This document shows, piece by piece, positions 51,831 through 64,000 of a stretch of DNA of 64,000 bases (position 1 is the first letter of the stretch; each line of letters begins with the position of its first letter). Source of the DNA: Eledone cirrhosa (Eukaryota); the NCBI GenBank assembly GCA_964016885.1, contig OZ024763.1, positions 20,894,001 through 20,958,000 on the forward strand, read 5' to 3'. The position numbers and the translations under genes were made by a program. The notes below the pieces were generated by a model. It did no database searches. It worked only from the letters and a program-made list of their open reading frames with translations, and had not been told where the DNA came from.

Positions 51831-52183
51831 TTCTTCTTTCATTTTGTATATATAAATTTATGGTTAAAATGTTTAAATTGTCACCAAATCTTTTAGGAAG
51901 TCTCTCCAGAGGCTGACTCCGTTATTTTATTACCAATAAGTAAATGGATATTTTAAAGTACTAATTTCCTTAGATAACAAAAAAAGTTTGCAATTTCAAA
52001 TTTATATAAAGTTCCATCTATTTGAGTTTCTGATGAAATAGGTCTCTTACTTTTAATGATCATGTGCATTATTATAATTCTATAATTATGGACATTAACA
52101 ATGAACAATACATTATCTGAATAAATAAAGTTTCCCACACTCCCTCTTCTTATTATGCAACCTCCTTCTAATCTATGCTGTGA

Positions 52184-52221
<38 letters not shown>

Positions 52222-53651
52222 AAATATAAGCTTTCACCGTATTTTGACTAAAGAAATTTTTAGCCTGATAGTGGGGTTTAGAACCCTCAGAGAAATGGAA
52301 AAAGATGAGTATTGACGTACATGGGTGAAAAGATGAGCATGGACGTACATACGGTGAAAGCTTATATTTCTAATGTCAAACTCGCTCACTGTTTCAAAAC
52401 ATACTTACTTGATATATATATATAGGAAAATGTATGACCCCACGTTATGGTCCATCTGGTTCCTTACAACAACTCCTTCCTTATATATATATATATATAG
52501 TCCAAATAAATGAGATATCGAGATCGTGTAGGTGTCACGACAAAAAAAACAACAAAAAAACAAAAAAAAAAACACAGTCCATGCTGTAATGTGGCCATGT
52601 AGGTAACATGGTAAAGAGTTCCCAGTTCCACACTGTAAATGTGGTTGGTGTTAGGAAGGGCATCCAGCCGTAGAATTCAAGCCAGAATCAGTTCCCGTAT
52701 GAGCAAGGCATGGTCAGTCGACCGGACACTGCCCGCAACAGGACAACCCGTCTAACCCATGCTAGCGTGGAAGAACGAACGTAAAACGGTGATGATGAAG
52801 ATGATGATAATTAAATATATATGTATATGTACGTGACTCAGTGAATTACTGGTGATGGTACCAAGACAATCACTCTATGCACAGGCAGATATGCTTACTT
52901 TTTATAGAGTAGCTGATGATGAAGTGCAGATCAATAATGGAGTCGGGTCCATAACTTCTATGGGCGGCCCTGAGGCTGTCCTCTGCATAACAGATCGGTA
53001 CATAATAAAAATCTAAATACATGTAAATGAAACTTCGTTGTTCTTTTTAATATATGTATATCTGCCAATTTTGCTGCCTGCCTTAGATGATGCATAATCT
53101 CATAACTCCTATGGGAGTCATAGTGGCACCGTATTGACATAAGGTCTTTCTAGCACATTTTTAAAACCTAGCAGAGCCCATCTCTTCTCCAAGTCTGAAT
53201 ACAGCACATTTCTTCCAGAGAGTATATTAATGCCAAAAGATTATGAGCACAACATACAAATATAGCAATAATTGATGATGATGATGAGAGAATGGAAGTG
53301 AGAAAGAGGCAGAATCGAACCCAGTACTAGACTGGTACTTTTTTTTATCAACCTCGAAAGAATGAAAGGCAAAGTTGAACTCAGAGAGCAGAGGGCCGGA
53401 ATGAATTCCATAAAGCAGTCTATCTGATGTTCTAACGACTCTGCCAATTTGCCGCCTCATCCTTATACGATAGGAAACTCAAAATAGTTAGAAAAAGAAA
53501 TGTTTATTAGGTTAAAACTCTTAATAGCAAGTATTTCAGTTGGTTTACAAACTAGTAGGCAAGCTGCAATAAAACAATACTGAATTTACTTTGATATTGA
53601 TACTGATACAATGATAGGTTTCTATTTTATGCAATGTTTCACATCTTAAAT

Positions 53652-53707
<56 letters not shown>

Positions 53708-54089
53708 TACACATATATAGATATCACAATTTAAAATTTTTTTCTATAGGTTTATTCATTTTTTAATGTTTTCAAGAAAAAAAAAATTCTATAAACATCC
53801 ATTCATCATATTTTGAAATTGTGAATTGTATGATTTTAAAAAATTACATATTTGTTCTTGATAACAAAACTATTGATTTCTCTCCACTTGGCGCTAGGCC
53901 AATCTTTTGTTTAGGAACTCTATAGTTGAAAGAATATAAGAATATACTGGTGTTTGTTTTTGTTTTTACTGTGTACAGGTTTTGAAAGGCCAAATTAACC
54001 CTGTAAGGATTTGAACTTGGAACTAAAATAGACAAAGTGCGTGTATACATATATGTATATATATACACAAAACATTTATATGATATATA

Positions 54090-54153
<64 letters not shown>

Positions 54154-54154
54154 C

Positions 54155-54186
<32 letters not shown>

Positions 54187-54188
54187 AC

Positions 54189-54220
<32 letters not shown>

Positions 54221-56379
54221 ACATATATATATAATATATATATATAATATATATATAAAACATATATATATATAATATATATAACATATATATGTAATAT
54301 ATATATAACATCATCATCATCATTTCATTTTACGTCCACTTTTTCCCTGCTTGCAAGGGTGGGATGGGAACTGATTCTGGCTTGATTTCTACAGCTGGAT
54401 GCCCTTCCTAACACCAACCTTATTTACAGTGAGTGCTGGGTGCTTTTTTGCCGTGGCACCTCCACGACCACTTAGCAGTGGAATGATATGGACCCCAGTC
54501 CCTATCATCTCATTTCTACAGCTGAGTAAACTGGAACAATGTGAAATAAAGTGTCTTGTTCAAGAATTGAGAATTGAACTCACAACATGTGTGTGTTGTA
54601 TATATATAAATATATATATAGAGAGAGTAGTAGAGTTGTTAGCTAGGCTCTATCCTGTCTAAGTCAACTCCACTGGCTGTCATCGCAATACCAAAAATAT
54701 TAGAAATATAAGAAAAAAGAAAACTAAGTTAATTTATGAATGTTTATATTTAGAGATTCTTCTTGCTTTTCTTTTTCTTCCTATCAACCCCACTCACCCT
54801 CTGCCCCCCCCCCCCTCACCAGTAAACTGTTACATATTGGCTTTTAATGTAGTTTTATATAAAGAATTTGAGGAATTAAAAATGTATCTGGTTATCTATA
54901 TATAAATTTGTGTGACTTCCGTCTGTCACACAGTGTGTGTGTGTGTGTGTGAATGTATGTGTTTGTAAAAGAAGGGGTGGGGGCAGGGCGAGGGCTGTAG
55001 AGATGATATATTAGTAATATTAAATATCAAATGATACATTTATATAAATATAGTAAAATAAAAAAATATAGAATATCTATTTACACATAGTATATATTAT
55101 ATTTATTATACATAAATTAACAATTTTATTTATTATATATTATTTACAATTTGCATGAAGGCAGGTCTCTCTGGAGGGGGGTGGGGGTGTGTGGTGCTGA
55201 GGGTATTACGTGGTCATTTTGGGGGCGGTGGCCCCAAACATTTGAGAACCTCTGGGTTAGACGATAATTTATACGTATTTCGAAGATGTCAAAGTGATTG
55301 CATTATAATCCTTTGATGTGTCCTCTTCAGACAGGTGCAAAGTTGTGGTGTTTTTGATATGTTACTAGAGTTATAAGCATTGTGGTAGCAGTCAACTCCA
55401 GTAGTCATATGATTGGGACGGCTATTGCAGTCAGTAAACTCCCCAATTTTACATATCAAAGTTAGTTTGGTGTAAGTAATTGGAGTTGAAAAGGTATTCA
55501 TACAGGTATTAAATTCAAAAATTCTAACTATCCTAAAACTAAAAAGCCCAGCTGAGGGCACAAATAAATTGCTACGCCCATTGCTGGTGAGGCTCCTCAC
55601 TGATCGCGACTCAGGACAATAGTTCCCTTTGCCCCCCATTAAATCCAGGCCTGGTTTTGGTGGAAGGTTTTTTGCTAAGCAGAAACACTTTAAAACAAAG
55701 AGTTGTAGCATAGAGCCTGGGGTGGTTTCAGGGCTAAATGATATTACATCTAGTACAAATCTCACCTTCACATGCATTCATGTGAAGGTGAAATTTTCCC
55801 CTATATTTTCACATTGTGGACCAATTATCCTCATTAGAGTTTAATGTCCTTGTCTTGGTTTTAAATAAGAACCATAAGGTTAATCGTAAAGATGGTAAAT
55901 CTACATTGTGTAGAAAGTTTTATGTACCAGTATCGATAGTTAAAACACAATCATAGATCTGTTGGCCAATTTCATTATAGCCAAATATGATGTATTTATA
56001 ATGTAGCTACAACCCTAAAGTGTGCAGCTTGATACTAAATTCATTCATGTTCCTCCTTCCAAATCACATTAACAAAGTTGAAAAGAAACATTTGCCAAAT
56101 CTTCATTAAAACCCTCTTCAGGCTAGTGCCAAGCAGGTGCATACCATTATTAAATCAAATAGATGCTTGCCACATTTCAATTGATCTATAGTAACTAACA
56201 TTTATTTTGATTCTTTCCATCTGTTTTTGCCCTACCTTTTGGAAGAATTTTTATTTCAGCTATCATCTTATGGCCTCTACAGTCTTAACACTTTTGTTCC
56301 CATATTTCTAATGAAATACACTGAACAGTGTGTACTTACTGGATGCGTTTTTATTTATCTAAAACCTTCCCTTTATAAT

Positions 56380-56438
56380 GGCAAAGAATTGGAATCCATT
56401 GGGGTTTCCCCAGCATAGGTTTGAATCCTAGCGGCAAC
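56380..56438 (+). pseudogene. 5'-truncated tRNA-Ser-like pseudogene
   Basis: aatccattggggtttcccc (Ser-type long variable arm) followed by T arm taggtttgaatccta; acceptor 5' half and D arm absent. Confidence 0.55.
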
Positions 56439-56785
56439 TCTTATTGTTATGTCTAGTTTATTTCTTTAAGTGTGTAGGTAGTTGAACAAGGAACAGTAGT
56501 TTACAAATTTCTATTTCAATGAAGCACAATAAACTGTAGAACTGTGGAAATGAAGCGAGTATATAATAATAACAACACTGAACATAATTTCATGGCGACA
56601 GAAAGAATTGTATACTCCTTAAACTGTCAGACTGTACTTCGAACCTGTTGTATAGAATTGTGTACCCTCATTTAGCTGAAGCATAATTTATAGGCAAAAA
56701 CACAAGCACACTTTTAAGACGTGATTATGATATGAGGGCTGTCATTAAATAATTAAACAAATATAACGGGAGGAAACATAGAAAC

Positions 56786-56827
56786 ATCACTGATGATGTC
56801 ACAGTTGTGTGACGAAAGAACTCTAAG
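56786..56827 (+). ncRNA. Minimal hammerhead-like motif in PLE remnant ~56660-57015
   Basis: ATCA-CTGATGA-T-GTCACA gttg TGTGAC-GAAA-GAAC-TC; stem I decayed; followed by the family terminal motif catgaccctccc. Confidence 0.55.
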
Positions 56828-57419
56828 AAACTATATTTGTATTTATATTTTTAACTGTTGGTCAATTAAATGATAAACATTGATTGGCAGCTGAATTAAT
56901 TATAAAAATATAAAAAACCATACTGAAATGAAAACCAACCCCAACCAAACAGTGTGTTTTACTATATTTTTCTAGCAATATTATAACAACATGACCCTCC
57001 CCAAATATAACAAGGACATAATACTTGTTAGATATCACTCAGTACAAGTTCAATACACGACAGCAGGCAACAAGTGATGATAAGCTATTTTGAAGAGTAC
57101 TTATCGAACTCATGCAAGCATTGGAAAATGGATGTAAAAATGATGATGATGGTGATGTTTTATGATGTAAATAGTTTAAAGCTCTTTTCTTTATTTAAAA
57201 ATAAATACTTTCTGTTAATCCAGTACAGTGCATTTTTATCTCAGTTTAGGAACAGCTATTGTTAAAATGCATTTTTCTTATTACACATGCAAAAAATTCC
57301 ATTCAGGAATACAAGCAAATGCAATTTGGTTTTTGGCAAAATTTACTAATAGGCTTAGAAATTTGGGAAATACAATGAAAACCTATTATGGTTTAGGTAG
57401 CATACAATACACAAATATA

Positions 57420-58400
57420 TACACCTGGGTGATGAAATCAGCAGTGGAGGAGGGTGTTCTGAAAGTACAGTAGCCAGAGTCAGAACGGGATGGAAAGAGT
57501 TCAGAGAGCTTATACCACTGTTGGCCACAAAAGGTTTCTCTCTAAAAATGAAAGGCAGATTGTATGATGCTTGTATACGAACAGCAATGCTACATGGCAG
57601 TGAGACATGGACATTACGTGCAGAGGACCTGCACAGACTGGAAAGGAACGAAGCATGCATGCTCCGTTGGATGTGTAATAGTAATATACGTGAATGGCAA
57701 AGCATAAATGAACTAAGTGAGAAATTAGGAATAAGAGGGATCAGATGCTGTTTACTTGAGAGAAGACTACGTTGGTATGGCCACGTGATGCACATGAAAG
57801 ACCACAGCTGTATAAAAAAGTGCAGGCCAATCAAAATTGATGGTAGTTACGGAGTAGGTAGACCCAGAAAAACCTGGGACGATCTAATAAATTCCGACCT
57901 TACACACTTGCACCTCTCTAAGACAATGTCACTGGACCGAGATCTTTGGCGCTACGCAGTAATACAGAAGACCCACCTTGCCTATGTACAAAGCGAAACC
58001 TACAGTCAGTAGGCACCTCTTAACCAATTATACACTACAATCCACTACCCCTACCCTATCCTCCCACTCCCACCAACACCACCCTCTCTCTTTAAAGTTG
58101 GTACCATAACATCCAGTCCAAATAAATGAGATAATGAGATCGAGATTGTGTAGGTGTCACAACAAAAACACACACAGACGACGACACCATGTAGGTAACA
58201 CGGTAAAAAGTTCCCAGTTCCACACTGTAAATGTGGTTGGTGTTAGGAAGGGCATCCAGCCGTAGAAAACCTGCCAGATAGTCCTATATGAGCGAGACAC
58301 GGTCACCTGACCAACCTTGACTCAAATTGGGACAACTCCCGTCTAACCCATGCTAGCGTGGAAAATGGACGTTAAACGAAGATGATAATGATGATGATGA
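57420..58400 (+). mobile_element. RTE LINE 3' fragment, same family as 1970-4185
   Basis: ORF 57521-58012 KGFSLKMKGRLYDACIRTAMLHGSETW...RLRWYGHV...GRPRKTW; shared 3' UTR and (GAT)n tail. Confidence 0.9.
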
Positions 58401-58789
58401 TACAAACACATCGCTATCACTCTTTTATGTTTATTTTCCATGCTTTCAAGATATAGGTGGGTTGTTGAGTTCTGAAAGACCAGGCAAGTCAAAAGACTGT
58501 GTCTCACTCATGCATTTCATTCTGGCCCTAGTTCTATGATAACAAAAATGGTTGTATTAATTCTTTTGATACTGACCTGCCCAAAACCTTAGTTTTATCT
58601 TCTTTTTCTTTGCCCACTTATTCCTGGAAAAGTCGTGGGGGCAGAGTCCTCAAATTACTCCTTCCAGCATGGATGCCCTTTCTAATGCCAACCACTTCTC
58701 TACATGTATTGGGCATGTTTTAATGTCAGGCATCTGCAGTTTCCATTTATCAAAGTTCAGACACATGGCCTAGTGGTACTACATTTATC

Positions 58790-60580
58790 TATAACCCCTT
58801 AACCACACAACCACACCTACACCTATGGAGAACTCCTTAACCACACAGCAATACCTACACCTATGTAAAACCCTTAACCACACAGCCATACCTGCACCTA
58901 TGTATAACACCTTAACCATTTAGCTATACCTACACCTATGTAAACTCCTTAACCACACAGCCATACCTATACCTATGTATAACTCCTTAACCACACATCC
59001 ATACCTGCACCTATGTATAACTCCTTAACCACACAACCACACCTACACCTAGGTATAACACCTTAACCACACAGCCATACCTGCACCTATGTAAACTCCT
59101 TAATCACACAGCCATGCTTGCAACTATGTAAACTACTTAATCGCACAGTAACGGCAGTGCTTATGCATGTTCCTTAACCACACAGCCATACCTACACCTA
59201 TGTATAACTCCTTAACCACACCTGTACCTGTGTATAACTCCTTAACCACACCTGTACCTGTGTATAACTCCTTAACCACACAACCATACCTACACCTATG
59301 TATAACTCCTTAACCACACAACCACACCTGTACCTATGTATAACTCCTTAACCACACAACCATACCTATACCTATGTATAACTCCTTAACCACACATCCA
59401 TACCTGCACCTATGTATAACTCCTTAACCACACCTACACCTAGGTATAACACCTTAACCACACAGCCATACCTGCACCTATGTAAACTCCTTAATCACAC
59501 AGCCATGCTTGCAACTATGTAAACTCCTTAATCGCACAGTAACGGCAGTGCTTATGCATGTTCCTTAACCACACAGCCATACCTACACCTATGTATAACT
59601 CCTTAACCACACCTGTACCTGTGTATAACTCCTTAACCACACCTGTACCTGTGTATAACTCCTTAACCACACAACCATACCTACACCTATGTATAACTCC
59701 TTAACCACACAACCACACCTGTACCTATGTATAACTCCTTAACCACACAACCATACCTCTACCTATGTATAACTCCTTAACCACACAGCCATATCTGTAC
59801 CTATGTATAACTCCTTAACCACACAGCCATACCTCTACCTGTGTATAACTCCTTAACCATACAGCCATACCTGTACCTATGTATAACACCTTAACCAAAC
59901 AGCCATACCTCTACCTGTGTATAACACCTTAACCACACAGCCATACCTGTATCTGTGTATAACTTCTTAACCACACAGCCATACTTTTACCTGTGTATAA
60001 CACCTTAACCACACAGCCATACCTGTACCTGTGTATAACTCTTTAACCACACAGCCATACCTCTACCTGTGTATAACACCTTAACCACACAGCCATATCT
60101 GTACCTATGTATAACACCTTAACCACACAGCCATACCTCTACCTGTGTATAGCTCCTTAACCACACAACCATACCTCTACCTATGTATAACACCTTAACC
60201 ACACAGCCATACCTGTACCTGTGTATAACTTCTTAACCACACAGCCATACCTGTACCTGTGTATAACTTCTTAACCACACAGCCATACCTCTACCTGTGT
60301 ACAACACCTTAACCACACAGCCATACCTCTACCTGTGTATAACTCCTTAACCACACAACCATACCTGTACCTATGTATAACACTTTAACCACACAGCCAT
60401 ACCTCTACCTGTGTATATCTCCTTAACCATGCAACCATACCTGTACCTATGTATAACTCCTTAACCACACAGCCATACCTGTACCTATGTAAACTCCTTA
60501 ACCACACAGCCATAACTACATTTACATGAACTCATTAACCACTCAGCCATACCTACATTTATGTGAACTCCTTAACCACA
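58790..60580. repeat. ~38-bp minisatellite, about 48 copies, with a 391-bp higher-order duplication
   Basis: Unit ctccttaaccacacagccatacctgtacctatgtataa; variant block ccatgcttgcaact...gtaacggcagtg at 59112 and 59503. Confidence 0.95.
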
Positions 60581-62063
60581 ACAATGGCTGTAGCTATAGA
60601 TACCATTTAAAAAAAAATTTTTATATCCTTACTGCCTTAGTCATACATCGGAACATAAAATGAAAAAAAAACAAATAGTTTCCTCTCACTCTTTCCTTTA
60701 GAAAACACTTCATTCTATAGCAGTTACTTGGTTTCTCATTAAACATTATTACATCTTCTATAATTTTCCTTTAATGTTCCTTCAAATTTTATTTATTTAA
60801 TTCCTCACAAAGAATTCCATGATTTAAAATATACAATTGAATCTCTTCATTTTTCCTTTTTTTTTCTAAATTTTTGTATGGTTATATGACCAATCAATAA
60901 TTAATGTCTTTCACTAATAAATAACTAATTACAGATAATTTTCCTGTTGGATTACATTTTTTTTTCTTTACTATCAGCTTTTTTTCTGCTTTGTAGTTTT
61001 GTTGCTTTCTTTGTCAGGAAGTTTACAGTCAACCTCTCAACCCCACTGCAATATATTCTATTTTGTTCTCTTTTCTATTCTATTTTATATTTTGACTGAT
61101 AATTTTCTTTGACAATAAGGTTTAATTCAACATTACCAGCCTAACCCCCCCACACACACACCTCTACCTACCCCCACCTACCTAACCCCCACCCCGTTCC
61201 ATACCAAAATACTATTAATTGCATTATTGTCCTTATAATACAAGATTTATTTATTTGTAAGTCCCTGCTTCTCTCCCCTTATTTTCTTCTCTCTCTCTGT
61301 CTTTGTTTTTTTTTTTTTTTTTGTTATATTTTCCTTTCCTTTTCCTTCCACAAATCAATTATATTTCTCTAAGCTATTGTAAACATTCTTTAAAAAATCT
61401 CTAGGAGAGTTCTACAGTTGGTTTGAACTGTGTAGTGAGAGCAGACATTCATTTGAATATAATGAATGGAAGAAAGAAAAGAAAGAACAAAAAACAATAT
61501 TGTAGAGAGGATGAGACTTTTTATACTAATTGTATTGTCAATACAAGCTCTGTGAATTGAATTTCTATTTGAAAAGAAACAAATTGAAATAAATAATTAA
61601 AATAAAATAAAATAAAATAAACAACTAAACTTTTCCTGCTGATCATACACACACACGCACACACATGTATATATATATATATATACATTTAGTGGTTCAC
61701 CACTGGATAGAACTGGTCATTCCGTTTAGTTAACCATGATGTAGTAGTAGGAAAAGCACTCTACATTACGCAGCTCATCCATCTTTAATGTTGAATCTTG
61801 TGGTTCGTGCAAGAACAGAGTTAAATATTGGATTGGATATTTTAATCAAACCTATATATATATATTGTTATACTTGGGGAGGGTCATATTTGTGTAATAT
61901 TGCCAGAATTAATAACAGAACACACTCACTGTTTGGTTGGTTTTCGCTTCTGTGTCTTTTATATCGGTAATCTAATTTATTCGGTCCTCAATGCTGCCAT
62001 TGACTGACCAACGGTCAAAAATAATACAGATACAATATAGACACAAACACATATATATAGTTT

Positions 62064-62105
62064 ATCAAAGTTCTTTCGTTGCACATCTGCAACATCGTCA
62101 GTGGT
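62064..62105 (-). ncRNA. Minimal hammerhead-like motif
   Basis: ACCA-CTGACGA-T-GTTGCA gatg TGCAAC-GAAA-GAAC-TT-TGAT. Confidence 0.6.
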
Positions 62106-62374
62106 GCTATTGTTTCCTCCCGTTACATTGTATTTTCTACGCCATCTTTATTTAGTCTGTTTATATATTTATTTATTTGTTTATTCTATTTTGTCTTCTT
62201 TGCGCATGCGTTTGCGTGTGTGTATAGTGTTTTGTTTGATGTGTGTTCGTGATTGGGTGACTGTGTATTGGTTAATGTATTCTATCTTTACTAGTGTGTG
62301 TTTATATGTGTTTGTTGTTATTGTGCTTGTGTATGTATTTATTTATTTATTTATCTATTTATTTATTTATTTAT

Positions 62375-62653
62375 TTATACTTCTCTTAGGTCAGTGTTGT
62401 TTGTTTGGGTGTTGTTGTTATTCCATTCATTCTTTCTGTTTAGCCTTGGCCTTCTAAGTTCTATTTCACTGGCCTCTCTGATTTGCCTATCTGCTGGGTC
62501 ATTTCTATGTTTAGATATTATTCTAATTTCTATGTTGTCTATGTTACCGTCGTGTTGTTGTCTGGCATGTTCGTATAGTACTGACCCATTTTTTCGTCCT
62601 TTTAGTTCCCCCCAGTGTTGGTCTATCCTTTCACCTATGCTACGAGCTGTCTC
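62375..62653 (-). pseudogene. PLE GIY-YIG endonuclease C-terminal fragment (not in ORF track, no start codon)
   Basis: ETARSIGERIDQHWGELKGRKNGSVLYEHARQQHDGNIDNIEIRIISKHRNDPADRQIREASEIELRRPRLNRKNEW...*: (G)ET.R...R...H, RQI.EA..I and P.LNRK.EW motifs. Confidence 0.8.
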
Positions 62654-63436
62654 ATAGTTGTCATATATATATATACGTGGTTAGTGTTAGGAAGGACATC
62701 CAGCTGTAAAAACCCCAGCTAAAATACAATTCTGTTCGATCGAGGTACGGCACAGCCAACTGCCCAGACATGTATCATAACGTGGACACAGTTCACTTCC
62801 TGAACTGGGCAGTGCATTGTGTTCTTGTGCAAGACACTTCATTTTCAAATACAGTGTCTTTCATTAGAAATATGGTAACGAAAGAGTTAACGATTTATCA
62901 TTACTTTGTGGCATGGAGTTATGTACCTTTGCATTATATGTTCAAATCCCACCAAAGTTAGCTTTGCCTTTCATCCTTACAGGGTTAATAAAATAAAGTA
63001 CCAGTAATGCATTGGGGCCAATTTAATTGACTTCCCCCTCCACCAAAATTGTTGATCTTCTGCCTGAATCAGAAACCATTATAAAATGCTTCTATTGAAA
63101 ATTCTTTTCCTTTTCTTTTGTCTACCACAAATCATAAAATCTAAAGAGTTTTTAACTCAGAGATTGTCATAACCAATATCAAGTTTCTCTTTTAGAAAAA
63201 CCTTGTATCTATTGAACAAAAGTTATACAATGATGGGAATATTAAAAAAAGGATAAAAACAAAATTAAGTAATTAAAAAAAGGGGAAGGGGTAAAGAAGG
63301 GCAGATTGACTGTATAGGAAAGTAAAGGAAAGGACTGTAAATGCCATAAATGAGAAGGAAAGGAAGGAAAGAGCAAGGACTATTAGGTAACAGAAGAAAG
63401 AAAAGGGGATTGAGGAGAGGGTGGCAGACTCTACAG

Positions 63437-63655
63437 CTAGGTCGGAGTGGTGTTTCGGATGCACCCTGCAGACAAAATTGCAAAGTTATTTCCGCGGACA
63501 GTGGCCAGCGACACCCACTGCAACAGCCACCCCACCTCGTGAGGCTTCTTCCTCAGACTGGCTACTGTTGTTCCAATTTTACAGAGGCGCTCGGCTGTAC
63601 AGGGTCTAAGGACACCTGCGACCAGTTCAACAGCTCCACAGTGATCACAATCTAT
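63437..63655 (-). pseudogene. CRE-like non-LTR retrotransposon C-terminal (restriction-like endonuclease region) remnant
   Basis: Manual translation ..AVELVAGVLRPCTAERLCKIG..HEVGWLLQWVSLATVRGNNFAIL* resembles the AVET.G..G...IG...E..L.QR.S.A..RGN..IL pattern. Confidence 0.55.
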
Positions 63656-64000
63656 TTACTTGATCACGATTTGGTTTTGTTTCTTTGAACTAGTTCTCTA
63701 TCAGTTTCTTTTTCTTTTTCCTATTTTCTTATTTTCTTAATGCGTTCAATACCAAACCACCTTAACTCTTTAGCATTTAAATTGGCTCTATCCGGCCAGA
63801 ATTCTCTCACCTCTTTCTGTTCAAACCAGCTATAACTGGCCGCTCATACTGACGTTAAGGCATTGTTCTCAAAATAAATAATATCAAAATCTCATAGATT
63901 CGATATTATGTGAGATAATTATGTAAGATAAAGCCTTTACCACAAAAATACAATAGTAAATATATAGAGTAATGTAAATGCTATAGGGTTAAACTGCACT

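Larger units (their letters stand above)
61855..62662 (-). mobile_element. PLE 3' fragment: GIY-YIG C-terminal half, 3' UTR, hammerhead-like motif and terminal motif
   Basis: Open frame 62375-62653; hammerhead-like motif 62064-62105; ends in tgaccctcccaagtataacaat then (TA)n. Confidence 0.8.

Noticed and set aside
50762-51916. Long ORFs up to 380 aa (YI/MY repeats), and similar ORFs at 12.1, 15.6, 18.3, 33, 36-41 and 54 kb
   Set aside because: Translations of (TA)n/(CA)n/(CT)n microsatellites that lack stop codons by composition
55289-55844. 162-aa and 71-aa ORFs
   Set aside because: No recognisable domain or splice structure; partly repeat-like sequence

Overview
AT-rich, microsatellite-dense animal genomic DNA; the SINE/LINE repertoire suggests an octopus or other cephalopod (inference). 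The only host coding gene I can support is the 5' part of DNAJC11 on the minus strand: 6 spliced exons from the ATG at 14292 down to 1038, with consistent phases and the J-domain HPD motif; the gene continues off the left edge. A probable divergent + strand first exon lies at ~16030-16126. The rest is mobile and repetitive DNA: RTE LINEs, tRNA-derived SINEs, a hAT/Charlie element with TIRs and 8-bp TSD, Tc1/mariner- and piggyBac-type MITEs, a Helitron end, a CRE-like remnant and several minisatellites. The most striking signal is a recurring Penelope-like element (PLE) architecture. A ~4.2-kb head-to-head palindrome (42354-46514) carries two copies of a Naiad/Chlamys-type GIY-YIG endonuclease C-terminus and ends in a well-formed hammerhead ribozyme. 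A second GIY-YIG fragment, absent from the ORF track, sits at 62375-62653. About ten hammerhead-like motifs occur in short, often (TA)n-flanked, fold-back elements. Family assignments come from recalled motifs, not database searches. Most ORFs in the supplied track are microsatellite artefacts.
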